Positions 31,003 through 62,493 are shown, numbered from the stretch's first letter. The stretch: DNA of 64,000 bases from Amoebidium appalachense (GCA_963693365.1 CAVNZM010000005.1:7820710-7884709); one strand, 5' to 3'. Notes: generated by a model from the letters alone, not told the origin. Numbers and translations: made by a program.

Positions 31003-31250
31003 GATTGGTGACCTAAAACCATATATGGCAACCGCAATCCGCTTCTTAGCCAAATTAGGCAAAGAGCCGTCTAATGACGTCACCACGGGCCAGAACATCC
31101 TCCGGCCGCAGAGTCCTCAGTCTAGCCTGACACCCGTGACCCGAGGCCCAACCTCTTTCATAAGTGCCTGTGGTTCGAAAGTGCCTGTGATTCGTTCAGT
31201 GAGCTAATCAGTTGCGCTGCACGTACAACTACTCAAATACGCAAGCCAAT
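31003..31250. promoter_or_regulatory. Promoter module upstream of the 5-phosphatase: two CArG boxes, a CRE and CCAAT boxes
   Basis: CCATATATGG 31019-31028, CCAAATTAGG 31050-31059, TGACGTCA 31075-31082, GATTGG ~31003, CCAAT ~31246. Confidence 0.55.
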
Positions 31251-31456
31251 ACACAAAAGTCCGCCCTCTAGGATCTGTGCTGGAACCAGCTATCTGTGAG
31301 CTAAGATGAGGTGGTCCCGACACTAAGTCTTGCAGGCCTTTCCCGATAAGGCCCTACTTCACAGCCGTCGTCCAGCCGTCCATTCTATTAATTAGATGGT
31401 GTTGTCGAGAGGAATCCTGGCATCCCAAGACTGCCTCTTGCAACCACGGCCCGAGA

Positions 31457-42909
<11,453 letters not shown>

Positions 42910-43725
42910 GAAGATGCATGTGTTTGATAGTACATGCGTATGAATGCGCGGGTAGGGGTGTAGTTTTATGATATGCACGAATGTGTACTAGTGTTGCTAT
43001 GTGTTTGGATTTGGCTTTGACTGGGTCCTGCACCCAGTGGGACGGATGGAAAGGATGCATCGTCACGGTATGCCTTCGGCGGTTTGGGAATTACAATTTG
43101 GATGGGAAAAGTGGTAAAGAGATTGTTTAAAGAAAAAGTAGCATTATGGCACATACAGCCTTAAGCAGCATCACATATTGCGAATGCGTAGGGGGAAATA
43201 GCTGCGGTAGTACCAAATGTCTAGTATTTGTTCAGACAGCCAGTGTGCCCTTATGAGCCACTGTGCACTAATGGATGTAAAGATAGAACGCATGTTGGTT
43301 CATGCAGTAGTTACATAATAAGGCCTCAGCTTCTAAAGCGTGCACAAAAGTGCCCCCCCCCCCCTCCCCCCCCCTCGTCCTCCCACCCCAACCTCAACCC
43401 CCACCCGTCTCCCCCGGCCACTAACCCCCACCGTTACTCTCCTTTCACAGCAATTTCATCATGCTTTTAGCCAGACGATATAATCCAACACATGCAAGGT
43501 TGTCAAATAAAGAGGCCGCCGTGGGGAGGAAACTGCATGTGGGCTGCATGGATTGGCCCATAGGCCTAAGCCTGAGGAAAAGGTCATTGATAGACTAATG
43601 GCCAAATAGGTACCTTATACTATTGGCTGGGCATTTAGTTGGGCAAGGCTGCCCTCAGCCTGATACAAAAGGTCCCCCCCAGGGTCCTCTCCCCTTGCGC
43701 ACGTGCCAAACACCCACCCTTCCCG

Positions 43726-43759
<34 letters not shown>

Positions 43760-45000
43760 CCCTCCTCCTCCTTCGGGGCCCTCTCCCCTTGTGCACGTGC
43801 CAAATTCCCCCCTCCACACCCTCCCCCCCTCCCCTCCCAAGCCCTCTCCCCTTGCAAACCAAGTTAAGGCACCCCACTCCCCTCCCCGGGACACATGCCC
43901 CTTCAGCTTGGTCCAAGTGCAAACAACCCCCCCCCCCCCCCCCCCCTTTTATAATTAGTGTCCCTCCGGCACCGGGACGTACACAAACTAAGAAAGAGCC
44001 ACATGTATCGACTAATGGAAACGTACAAACATTACGTAACTTTAAATCAAAACATCTAGAACAATTTGTGTACGAGTTTCGGAGTACGGTAACCCCAATA
44101 AATCCTCCCCCCTCCTCTTCCCAATGCATTGAAAAAAGGGAGGGGGAGAAGGGAGGGGGGGGGGAGGGGGGGAAGGGTACGAAAAACCAGCTCAGTCGAC
44201 TGCCCCCCTCCCCCCTAACCCCCTCCAACCCCACCCCTTTCCCCCCACCAAAAAAATGATGAACTAATACACGTGTGTGTGTATGCACACACACACACAC
44301 GCACACACACACATGCGCACACGCACATGCACACGAACACGCACACGCACGCATACAGTGTCACGCACCACACACACACATGCGCATGCACGCACGCGCA
44401 CACACACGCACACAGGCGCACGGTGCACACACAGGCATACACACACACAGGCATACACACACACAGGCATACACACACTGGCGCTTGGCAAGCCTAACCT
44501 CTGAGAGTGTGCGTTCCCCTCCACTTTCCCCCCGGCTCTCACTTCTGCCCCTCCTCCCCCCCAATCCCATCATCTCATGCCATTCTTACTGCCCCACCTA
44601 TCTGCCTTGCCCCCAATTACCATCACCAGGCATGCCACCCCCCCCCCGTGGCTCCACAACAACACCCACACCCAAACTAACAGTTGTGCTATGAACCGCT
44701 CCTGGCTTACCACCGTTGGAGTTATGGGCATGCCGGTGTGCTCTATTGTGTTCATATTGGTCTCTACGTGCACGAGACCCAATCAGTGCTTCGCAATAAT
44801 AGACATATTTGGGTAATAGGGGCATGTCGGCACTTCCAGTTTGGTGAGGGCAAGGTGGCACAGCAGGCAGCAGAAGAGTGTGCGTGTGTGGGAAGAGGCC
44901 TAAGGGACCGGGGAGTTGGGTGGGGGGGCGGGGGAGGGGAGGGGGGGGGTGGGGGGGAGGGGGAGGGAGGATGAGGGGGTGGAGGGAGGTCCCCAGCCCT

Positions 45001-45064
<64 letters not shown>

Positions 45065-45749
45065 GAGGAGGAGGTTAAGGTTTTCTTTTTTCTTTTTATT
45101 TTTTGTGGGGCAGGTGGGGGGAGGAAGCACGGGCTGGGACTTGAAGGTGCACTACCATGGGGGCAGGGTGACGAGGTATTCGGGACTCGAGGGGAGCTGG
45201 CCCATGGGGGGGAGGGGAAGGGGGAGGGGGGGGGGGGGGGGGGGGGAGGTAATCATTTTCATACTTGACTCACTTGTGTTGGCCAGAAGATGTGTCAGGC
45301 ATGCCATGGGGAAGAGGGATAGCCACCTTGTAGTTGTGTCTGGTTGGACCCAGACATCTCACTCTTGGTGTGCCTGTATGTGGTGCTGTATTGCTTTAGT
45401 AAACCACAGCCTGAGGGAAAGCAGGCTGGGCTTAGTGGCCAAACCGTAACATCTGCTGTTGGTGACCTTTTTTTTTTTGTTGCACTGTTTATTTTCACAT
45501 TTTCGTCGCACACAGTTACACAGTTGCTCTAATAATAAATAAGCCTTCACATTGCCACAAAAAAAAAACATAATGGAGAACCCAGCACGGTCAGAATGAG
45601 GAACAAAGTTTCAATCAAAATCTTCTTCCGCCCGAGCTGGTTAACGCTCACCGCCAAACATCTACAAGGACAACCAGATAATCCCTAATCACCCCTTATT
45701 GATATCATTATTTATGAACCCTTTAACCCCCCTTCTATTAGCTGTACCC

Positions 45750-46773
45750 TCACACAAACCACAGTGCGTGTGCACACAGTGCCACAATGACGGCCTGCAG
45801 CACACGTGGGGTGGACACTGCTGCAGCCGAGGTCTTAGTGGGTGTGGCCTGTGCCGTCGGGGGCTTGGCTGTGGTGGTGGTGTTCTTCGACGTGGTGGTG
45901 GTGGACTTGGTGGTGCTGGTGGTGGTCATTGGCCGGACAGATGTCTGTGTGCTTCCTGCGGCAGGGGAAGAAGAAGCAGCTGCAGTTGTATGTGTTGCAG
46001 TAGTTGATGAATGGGTGGTGGTGTGGTTGGTGGCCGTGGTGGTACCGGTGGTGGGGTCCTGTGTGGCAACGTGTGTAGCCAGCTGGTTCGTGTGCACGGC
46101 CTCTGTGCCCTGCATGCTGTTGGCATCTGTGATCTCCGGGAAGAGGATTGTGTGGGGCCGCACGGGTGCCTGTGTAGTTTGCTCGGCCGCAGCCATGTGC
46201 GAAGGAGGATTGACGGCATGCTCAGCGGTGGCGGGCTCTGGTTGGGTCTCTACAACGCTCTGGACAGAGGACGTCGACATGGGGGTGTTGGTCGCCGGGC
46301 TGCTTGCAGGGGCGGGTGGAAGAGAAGCCGAAGGTTGAGCCATGGGTGTGTTTGTGCCCTGGGTGGGGCTGGCCATGAAGTAGATGTTGGCGAGAGGCAC
46401 CTGCTGGCACTCACCGAACTGTGCATGCATGACGCTCAGCCCAAGCGGCCCGTTGCAGCCCGGCTCGGCGTAGAGGGTTGCACTGAGCGTGTTGGCCGCG
46501 GCGGAGGCACGATAGTGGAGGGTGGTGTATTGGGGCTCCCCCCCCCTGGGCGCCGGACGCAAAGCTCAGGGACGTGCAGCGGTTGTCTGTGTTCATGGGC
46601 ACACACACGCTGCCGGGGTTGGTGCCGGCCGACTGTGTGCAGGTGGTGTCTCGGGCACCAAAGCATGCCGTCACGGTAGACTGCGATGCACTCGCTGCTG
46701 GTAGGGGGGCGAGGATGGCAGCGGAAGCAACGAGCATAGCGCTCAGTCTGGACATGTTTGCAAGTAGTGCCAT
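45750..46773 (-). CDS. Intronless secreted protein: signal peptide, Cys-rich head, Thr/Ser mucin-like stalk, GPI-like C-terminus; split by a frameshift at a G9 run
   Basis: MALLANMSRLSAMLVASAAILAPLPAASA-SQSTVTACFG..CTSLSFASGAQGG joins EPQYTTLHYRAS..GCNG..FGECQQV..TTTSTTKSTTTT..VLQAVIVALCAHALWFV* if one C of 46538-46546 is removed. Confidence 0.75.
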
Positions 46774-46870
46774 GTTGGTGTTCTTGGTTGGTTGTCTTGG
46801 ACCGGATGCTCTAAACAATTCAAGGGTCAACTGTTGAATGTGAGATGCTCTTTCTGCACCACACGGCCGC

Positions 46871-46877
46871 ATTTATA
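46871..46877 (-). promoter_or_regulatory. TATA box of the mucin-like gene
   Basis: TATAAAT on the minus strand ~100 bp upstream of the ATG. Confidence 0.5.
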
Positions 46878-47962
46878 CCTCCAAAGGGCGCATGCACGGT
46901 GCAATGCCACGCGCACAGGATGATTTGTGACAGCAAAACAGCACGCTCGGCCTGTACACGCGGAGTGGGGCATCTACGAGCCAGCAGGCTGGTTGACAGC
47001 CTACAGGCTCCAGGTTCACGCGCTTAGCCTGACTCGGCTTCATGATCGGCCGCGATGGCATGCAGGACTCGCAGCCCGTGGAATGTAAACAAACAAGCGG
47101 ATTGGTTGAAAATGCACCATTGAACGAAACCTAATCAAAACAGGCGTTGTATAGATTTTTATGGGCATTGGAATTCTTGGAAACGCGTGAGTCTCCGTCT
47201 GGGTCACCAGACTGGGTGTGCTTCGCGACTGAGTTCGCCGTCAAGTACCTTCTTAGCTGTGTTCGAAAAACGTGTTCATTGACAGTAGAGTAAGGCCAGA
47301 ACCCCATCTTATCTATTTGGTAGCACTCGAAACTTCTGCATGAAGTCTCTGTAGAACATTGCACGAAGAAGATCGTGGGCAGAATGTTTTAAGACACAAG
47401 CCGGCGGCACCAACCTCATATGTGCACACAAGGTACGTCAGGTAAAAGGGGGTTCATTTTGCAGGTATACTAGTACACAAAGCTTACTGCAGTATCAGCA
47501 TGTTTACAATTTTTCAGCATATCCGTGCATACTTATGCATGCATTGTGCACAGCTTCATCGTTGAATGACCTGCAGGCTGATGCTTACCCTACTTCACAA
47601 AATCGGGCAGCGCAGCTTTTGCCACAAAGAATCTGGTCTTCGTGCGACGTGCACATAGCACAGGCCACATAAGTTGCTTTATATAGAGCATATGCACACA
47701 AGACAAATCATGGGCTATGTGTATTGAGAGCTCAGCGCCAGAGAAAAGCAAAACGAACACACGCCACACACCGCATATCATGCGTACACACACCCACAAT
47801 CTCATAGGCAGTTTGAACAAGTGTACATGTGAGGGCAGGTTAACGCGTTCCCGGGCTTGGTTGAACTAAAACAGATATACTTCGAAGAGGGGTTGCTTGA
47901 GGTGGCCTTAGGGAAGGGGGTTGGGCCAAGTGACTCTTATAACAACACAGAAGAGCACACAT

Positions 47963-48843
47963 TTTGGATTTGAACCTTTTTATTTAAGGTCTTATTCAGT
48001 ACCGCCGTCTAGTGGTGGGTACCAGCCCCATGGGAACTATTTACCTACGTTCTAGACTGAGCTCGTCAGACAGACATGGCAGAACGATCGGACTATACTA
48101 TTTACAAGAGATGCAGGGGGGTTTGGTTCTAGCTAGTTGTGGTTTAGCTAAGTGGGGGGGTTCCGTGTCCGAAGATTCACATGTCTGCTGACGGGGGTCT
48201 AACTAATGTGGTGTGGTGGTGCTGTGGGGTTGAGAGTGGTGGGATGTATGTGGTTCCCCATGTCGTGTAGGGTTGCGGTGGCTGCTGTGTGTCTGTATGT
48301 GTGGTGGGGGTTGCAATCTGTTTTGTGGTGGGTGTATCTGCAATTGGGGCAGGCTGGTAGGGTGTGGGTGGTTGGGTTTTTGGCTCTAGGTGTTGTGCGT
48401 GGCTGCTTCCTGCGGGTAGCTATAGCTTGTGTGTTTTTGTGGGCTTTATGTTTTAGTTTGGTTGTGGGGTTTGGGTGTAGTGTCCTAAATCTAGGTTACC
48501 AGATATATTCAAAGAAAAATTCGGTTACACACTGGGACAGATTAGCCAACAGGGTGTCTCGGACTCGGGGGTGCCTGTCGAGGGCTGGGGGTAGAGTGAT
48601 GTCCCTGCTGGGGCATAGCCCTGTACTGATCCTTTCTTGTGTTAAATTTGAGGGGGGTGCTGCTGGGAGGCCGGTGGGGCTGATGAGGTGCCGCCACGGT
48701 AGGTTGGCTACGATCTGTTGGGTGATGGCCCAGGGGTCGTCCTGTCCCTGTCGGGTGGTGCATTGAGTCACCGTCTTGTGGATGTTGTCCTCCACTAGAC
48801 TAGGGTCTGCATTGTGGGGTCACTGGGTCGTTGTGGGGGCAAA
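47963..48843 (-). mobile_element. 5'-truncated non-LTR retrotransposon (LINE) fragment
   Basis: 12-bp TSD aagagcacacat (47951-47962, 48844-48855). Minus-strand 3' end aataaaaagg-ttcaaa-tccaaa; C/A-rich 3' region; interrupted ORF2 C-terminus with zinc-knuckle-like PHN..EDNIH....QC and FFFEYIW*PR. Confidence 0.75.
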
Positions 48844-49141
48844 AAGAGCACACATGTACATGCTTCTTTTTGCATCGAGCCCTGTACACAGTCAAAGGCC
48901 CTTTGAGAACCTTTGAAAGTTTGGTGGGTTGGCGCCATGGACTCCGCCTGTGTGTCTTACCGCTCCCTTTTCTTATTCGTGCACGTGTTCCCCTTTAGGC
49001 TTCCGTCACGATAGCCTCTGCTCCGGTGAGTGAGTCAGTGTGATCACGTCCCAGTCAGGCTCGTAAACAGTTAACACAGGGCAACGAATCAGCAAAGCCC
49101 ATGGCACATGCCCGTATTTGGCTAATATGAGGTCTCGTGCG

Positions 49142-49236
49142 CCAATAAAAAGTATTCCTTTTTGGCGGCCTGGGCTATTCAACCAATCAGGAACACATGT
49201 CGTCATTGAGGGCCAGTGACATCACCGACAACCAAT
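49142..49236 (+). promoter_or_regulatory. Three CCAAT boxes upstream of the thioesterase
   Basis: CCAAT at 49142, 49183 and 49232, 160-260 bp before the ATG. Confidence 0.45.
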
Positions 49237-49397
49237 CACACGAGGCTTTACTCTATTGCGCTGCATACCTGTGCTCACCATTGTGCCTTCACTGCAACCC
49301 ACTTGAACAGGGCCTATACTTTTGTTCTTACCTTTTGCGTTTCAAGTTCACTTTGCCTTTGCTTGAGTTAGTTGGTCGATACTTCACAGCCCAGGAA

Positions 49398-50047
49398 ATG
49401 GCGTCTGCGGTGGGCACTGCCGTGCACAGCACGGGGCGGGCGCTTCGCGAGCTTGTGCAACTGATGAGTGTGGAGCCCATAGGCGTCAACCTGTACAGGG
49501 GCCAGAGCCAGGACCTGGGCTTCCGCGTGCTGTTTGGCGGCCAGGTGCGTGCGTGCGCGCGCGCGTGCGTGCGTGCGTGCATGCTTGCGTGCGTGCGTTT
49601 GTGCGTCTTTACATGCGTGTGTGTTGCGTGCGGTCGTGACTGCCTGAATTAGTGCCTGTGTATGTGTGTCTGAGGTTTTGTTTGCTGTAGGTGTGGTTTG
49701 GAATAGATCCAAACTCGTTCATATGCAGGATCACACTTCCGACTGTTTCATTATTTTCAGAGCTGGCTGAGAACCAAGACGCCTGGGATCACCTGCTTTT
49801 CTTTACACGAACCCGTATATATACCGTACAGGGGTGCTTTTTGCATACCTCTCTCTTTTGCTATGTTCAGTTATTGTTTTCAAAGGTAAACCTGTTCCTA
49901 TTTAGTTCAAGTAGGGATACCTTTTTCCCCAGCCAGCCCCCCCCCCCCTCCCCCCCTTTCCCCCCACCACACACACACACCCCAACCCACCCACCCAACT
50001 TTCCTATCCCTACGATTATCCTGTGCAGTTATACAGTCACCTCCCTC

Positions 50048-50084
<37 letters not shown>

Positions 50085-50826
50085 ACACACACACACGATT
50101 CCGACTGTGGGAGTTTTTTTCGGTGGTTTCTGGATTCCATATGCTTTTTCTGCCCTGTTACTCTTTCCCAGCCTTGCTGACTTTCGGCGAGTGCACTGTT
50201 ATACCCCCCCCCCCCCCCCCCCCCCCCCCCCACACACACACACCAGGGCCCTAGGCCCACCCCTCTCCCGCAACTTCCCCTTCCATTCTTTATTCACCTC
50301 TGGGGCAGTAAGGTTTGGTACGTCAAGTACTGTGTGCATGGTATTGAGCCTCTGTGTGTACCTGCAGGCCCTTGGCCAGGCGCTTGCAGCGGGTGCGCAG
50401 TCCATAGCAGGCAGTGAGCACAACAAGGGCATGGTGCCGCACTCATGCCATGCATACTTCCTGAGACCAGGGGATGCAAAACATCATATAGACTACCAGG
50501 TGAGGGCGTGGGCTGGAGGGTTGGGTTGTGAGAGGTCGGAAAGAGCAAGTGGGTGGTCGGGGGTCTTTGTGGAAATGGGGATTGTGATGTGAGAGGGAAG
50601 GGGGAGGTTTCAAGGTGCATTTACTATGAAGGAACGTATGGAGATAATGTAGGGCAGGTGGCAGGCGGTGGGTGGGTGAAGGGAGGGGAGGAAGAAGCCA
50701 CTAAGTGGGTGCAAGCCACTAGGATGTGGTGGCCTGGTGGGTTTCACTACTCGGATGAGATGCTGAGTGACTGTACTCTGATAGCAAGGAGGCTGGGGAA
50801 TGCGATTAATTCTCTCCCTCTCTCTT

Positions 50827-50886
<60 letters not shown>

Positions 50887-50903
50887 CCTCCCTCCCTCCC
50901 TCC

Positions 50904-50942
<39 letters not shown>

Positions 50943-51152
50943 CCTCCCCCCTCTTCCCCCCGCCCCTCCTCTCTCCCCCTCCCCCCCCCCCCCTCCCCTC
51001 ACTCTCTCCCTCTGCGCGTGCGTGTATGCCTGTGGCGGCTGAGGTGTGTATGGGGGGAGGGGGCTGGGGAGCAAGAGATTCTGTGTTTTTAAGGGAGAGG
51101 TGGAAGGGTTAGGAAAGAGGTGTGTGTGTGTGGGGGGGGGGGGGGGGGGGGG

Positions 51153-51185
<33 letters not shown>

Positions 51186-51457
51186 TGGGCTACCTCTATT
51201 CTTGAGGATCCGTGTCCCTACCCCTCCCCTACTGTTCCACATTCAACACCCAAAGCTGCCTCTCCCCCCCCCCCCCCCCCACCAAAAAATCCCCTTTATG
51301 GTCCCCCCCCCCTCTCTGTCCTTGCTAAAAACCCCCACGTGCACAACTCCCCCCCACACCCACCTACATGCTCGATCTTGTCCTCAATCTGCCCACTGCC
51401 TATGTACCCACATGGCAACCCCACTGGAGCACCACAGCGTATTCACTGGCACTTGAA

Positions 51458-51490
<33 letters not shown>

Positions 51491-53193
51491 TGCCATCCCC
51501 CCTCTCCCGCCCCTCCCATCCCCCCTCTCCCGTCCCTCCCATCCCCCCATCCCCCCCCACCCCTCCACACATGCACCCCGCCAACACGCATACGACCCAT
51601 GCAGGTGCAAGTGCTGCGTGATGGCAGGTCTTTTAGTGCACGCAACATCGTGGCCAGCCAGCACGGGCAGGCCATCTTTGCCATGACGGCATCCTTCCAG
51701 AGGCCACCGGCATCGGCAGACTTTGTGCACCAGATTGAAATGCCAAAGGACATACCGGGGCCCGAGGAGTGCCAGAGTGAAATGGATTTGTACAAACAGC
51801 ATGCGGACAAGCTGCCAAACAGGTTCAAGGTGTGTGTGTGTGTTTAGGGGGGGATGGGGGGGGGGGGGGGGGAGTGTGGTTGTGTGTGTGTAGGAGGGGG
51901 GAGGGGGGAAGAAGGGGAACGAAGGGGATGGAGGGGCAGAAAGGCAGGAGGTTCGAGTTTTTTTGGCCTACGACCCGTCCCCCCCCCCCCCCCCCTCTCC
52001 TCCTCCCCCCACACGCACCCTTCCCCATCCCGGTCTCCTCTCCCCCCTCCCTCCCCCCCCGCCCCCAAGGCACACCCTTCCCGCAGCCCCGCTGTTTTGT
52101 ACATGCGGTCGGTAATGTCTTTCCACGGGCATTATGTAATCCGTTTTGGTGGGTGTATGGATGGGCATAGGCCCGTCTGCTGGGAGAGACCAGGAAATGT
52201 GTGCTCTGTGGATGTGTGTGGAAGTAGCAGTGTGTGTGTGGGTGTGGGGTGTGGGGTAGAGGGGGGTGGGGGAGGGTTCAGAGGATTGGAGGGCATATGA
52301 AAGCAACCGACCAGTTAATGTGTCGTATTCTTCCCCCCCCCCCCCCCCCCCCCCCCCCCCCTTCCCCTCTCACTTTTCCTCCCCCCTCCCTCCCCCTGCT
52401 ACCCCCACGAAAAGAATCACACATACACACACGACACACACACACACCTTCCCCTCCTTGCTTCTTTGGTAGCACCAGCACGTGCATGTGGCCACACAGT
52501 CCACACTTAACACGGCATACCACTGCATGCGCCATGCACCCTTCCAGCATGCAAAGGCCCAAAGCGTTTACAAACATTCATGCATAAGCTGTCACTTTCC
52601 CTCCATATCATACCTAGAGGGTACCCACCCACGTGACACAGACACACGTGCACGCACATGCGCGTGTGTATATACATACATGCATGCGCGCACACACATG
52701 CATGCGCACATGCACACGTACACACACACACGCACGCACGCACACACATGCCTACATACACAAACACGCACATATACACACACACACACGGATATGCGCG
52801 GACATACACACACACACATGTACACACGTACACACACACACACATGCGCACACGCACACACATGCATTGGACAAGACACACAAGCACATGCATTCACTCG
52901 CATATAAATGCATACGTGCACGCATAATTACCAACCCCGCCTCCCCCCTTCCCCCCCCCCCCTCCCCTTCCCCCCCCCCCCCCCCCCCCCCCCTTCCCCC
53001 CCCCCCCCCTTCCCCCCCACCCACCACCACCACCATATCCACCCCCTCTCCCCCCAACCCCTTCCTGCTACATTTAACACCTTCGATGCCCGGACTAACC
53101 AACACACACCCTCGCCACAACATCTCTACACGACGACACACACCCGTACCCCCCCACCCCCCACCCCCCCACCCCCCCACCCACCCACCCACA

Positions 53194-53234
<41 letters not shown>

Positions 53235-53702
53235 ACACACACACAGGTCAAGTTCTTCCACGAGCGTGCCATCGACATCCGCCCAGTCAACCCGCAGGAC
53301 CTCTTTCACCCCAACCCAGCCCCGCCATACAAGTACGTGTGGCTGAAGGCTAACGGCACTTTGCCAGCCGATCTGACGATGCACAAGTATCTGTTTACTT
53401 ATGCGTCCGATTTCCAGTTCCTGTCCACTGCCCTGAAGCCCCACGGGGCCACATACTGGAGCAATCCCCAACTTCAGATCGCAAGTCTCGATCACGCCGT
53501 GTGGTTCCACCGGCCGTTTGCCTTTGATGATTGGTTGCTGTATGCTATGGAGAGCCCAAGCAGTGCGGGGCACAGGGGCTATGTGAGGGGGCTGGTGTAT
53601 GCGAGGGACGGCACCCTGGTGGCTTCTACGTCACAGGAGGGCATGATCAGGCTGGGCAAGGAGGACCCTAAGAGGGCTAAGGCCGTGCAGGCTGCAGAGT
53701 AG
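49398..53702 (+). CDS. tesB: Acyl-CoA thioesterase II (TesB/ACOT8 family)
   Basis: Exons 49398-49544, 50368-50499, 51605-51829, 53247-53702, all phase 0. Motifs LFGGQ|[59 protein letters not shown]. Confidence 0.95.
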
Positions 53703-54847
53703 GCATGGGTGGTGTTCAGGTAACTCTTGTTCTAATTTATATGTTTATATTTCATTTTCGAAAGTTTATTTTCTTGCTTGCATTGATTTTTGTGTGTGCC
53801 GCGCAGCGCGGGGGGAGGGGGTGGGGTGGGAAGGGGGGGGGGGAGGGGGGGGGGGGGGGGGGGGATGCTGCAGTATAGGTGGATGTGATTGTTGGAGGCT
53901 GAGCAGTTGGGTATGGATGGGGAGGGACTTGATTGGTGGGTTGGGGCGCAGGGGTCTGTGTGCTGCACATGCATGATGATTGGGTCTGATGGGGTAGGGT
54001 TGGCGATGCTTCATGCAGTTGGGCGCAGGAGTGGTGTGTGGATCATGGGTGGTGGTGTGTGCTGATATTAGATGCATGTATGGGCCACACACTGCATGCT
54101 AACATGCACCGGTCTGCACGCGAGTGTTTCTTGAAGTTGAGGGCACGTGGTGCCATGTGTTTTCCCCTCATTTGTTTTTCCTGCACCGTCTGAATTCGAA
54201 GTTTCTTAATGATTTTCGAATCTCCAAGCAAATATACTTATATTAGCGCTAAATGAAAGTAGACGTAGGCTGGCCTGTGGCCCAGCATGACTGGTGGTCG
54301 TATTCCATTGGTCATTAAAAGCAGAATTCTTTACACAATGTTATGTCACTGCCATGGAGGAAGTAGGGGGTGTGATGCAGCCATAGAGGTAGCCTATGTG
54401 GGCCAAACAGCACGTTGCGGTGGTATGCTGGCGGTGTTGTGCATGCTGGGTGCACGTGTAGGTGCCCATATGCGGCATGTGTGGGTAACAGTGACGCCGT
54501 GAGGCACAGCTCCAGGCTGCAAACATTTGCACTCAGTGGTACACCATCAACAACATCTTTTTATAGTGTGGTGCATCTAATATGGGGCACCTGGCCCACC
54601 TCATGTATTTATAGCCCATAGTGTATGGGCCGAAGGCTATCTTTAGGATGGCACCTACCTTGCCAGCTGCCTGTTCATACGATAATCTACAATACATTCG
54701 GACACTAATGGATCTGCTGAGTGCGCTATTCATTCAGGAAATGTTCGTTTGTTTGTCCACGTAAAATGCATACGCTGCTATGCTCTTGCTGTTTTCGTGC
54801 TTCTCCGGTGTACAGTTCGTATATGTATGTCTACACGCACATGGATA

Positions 54848-54930
54848 TGTGTGTGTGTGTGGGTTGTGTATGTGTGTGTGTGGGTTGTGTGTGTGTGTGG
54901 GTTGTGTATGTGTGTGTGTGTGTGTGTGGG

Positions 54931-54980
<50 letters not shown>

Positions 54981-55312
54981 TGTGTATACGTGTGTGGGTT
55001 GTGTGTGTGTGTGGGCTGTGTATGTGTGTGTGTGTGTGGGTTGTGTATACGTGTGTGTGTGTGTGGGTTGTGTATGTGTGTGTGTGTGTGTGGGTTGTGT
55101 ATGCGTGTGTGTGTGTGTGGGTTGTGTATACGTGTGTGTGTGTGTGGGTTGTGTGTGTGTGTGTGTGTGTGTGTGGGTTGTGTATGCGTGTGTGTGTGTG
55201 TGGGTTGTGTATACGTGTGTGTGTGTGTGGGTTGTGTGTGTGTGTGTGTGTGGGTTGTGTATGCGTGTGTGTGTGTGTGGGTTGTGTATGCGTGCGCGTG
55301 TGTGGGTTGTGT
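54848..55312. repeat. Compound (TG)n-gggttgtgtat(a/g)cg minisatellite
   Basis: About 20 variable-length units just downstream of the VASt gene stop. Confidence 0.9.
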
Positions 55313-55410
55313 GTACATGTGCCTGTGTAAAGTTATCCCTCCAAACACACCACCGCCACAATTGCCAAGCATTATGCCTTATCCAATAATAGACATAAAA
55401 CCCTTCGATG

Positions 55411-61780
<6,370 letters not shown>

Positions 61781-62421
61781 GGCCCTGTTTATGTCTAACT
61801 TCACTGCAGAGGCCACGCTATTTACGGCTCATTCGAAAGAAGGGCAGTTTAAGGGTCTATGGTTGCTCGCCCGTGCGTGTGTGTTTGAGTGTTCTTGCCC
61901 TCCGCTGGCCCGTTATGTTGTGCGTGTCAACTGCTCCTATATGTGCCGTGTGTGCTTGCTTGCAACATGTGGGCCCGGGCGAGTGTGGTGCAACCTCAGT
62001 ACTAGTACTAGTAAAGTCGGTGTTTCATAATGCTTGTTTTTGGGCTATCGTGCCGAGATCTCGATAGCTACGGCCCTCTCGTCGTCTGCTTTGTGGCCTG
62101 TGTGTGTTCACAGCAGCACGTATACAGGTCACGGGCTAGGCACACCGCACAGGCATGGTGCGAAGCACTTGCGTCCGAAGTACCACAAAGACCCCTGAAG
62201 CGGCACTGTGCCTGTGTCATGAGCAGCAATACCATTATTATTTTCGAATTCGGCTGTGTCACGTCGGGGGCACCAATAGTCTGGGCAAGCAAGCCTCCGG
62301 GACCCACGGTGTTCAGCTGCAACTCAGGGGGACTGTGCCTCGAATGCTATAATGCGCTTCACAGCACACATAAATGGGAGGCATTGGTCGTTTTTTTTTT
62401 CGTTTTTTTTTGTGCGCGTGC

Positions 62422-62493
<72 letters not shown>

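Noticed and set aside
43560-45440. Possible second hAT element (taagcc..ggctta)
   Set aside because: Match is only 6-7 bp and there is no TSD.
53700-53723. Stop-codon readthrough to a cryptic PTS1 in tesB
   Set aside because: The extension AWVVFR* is not a PTS1.
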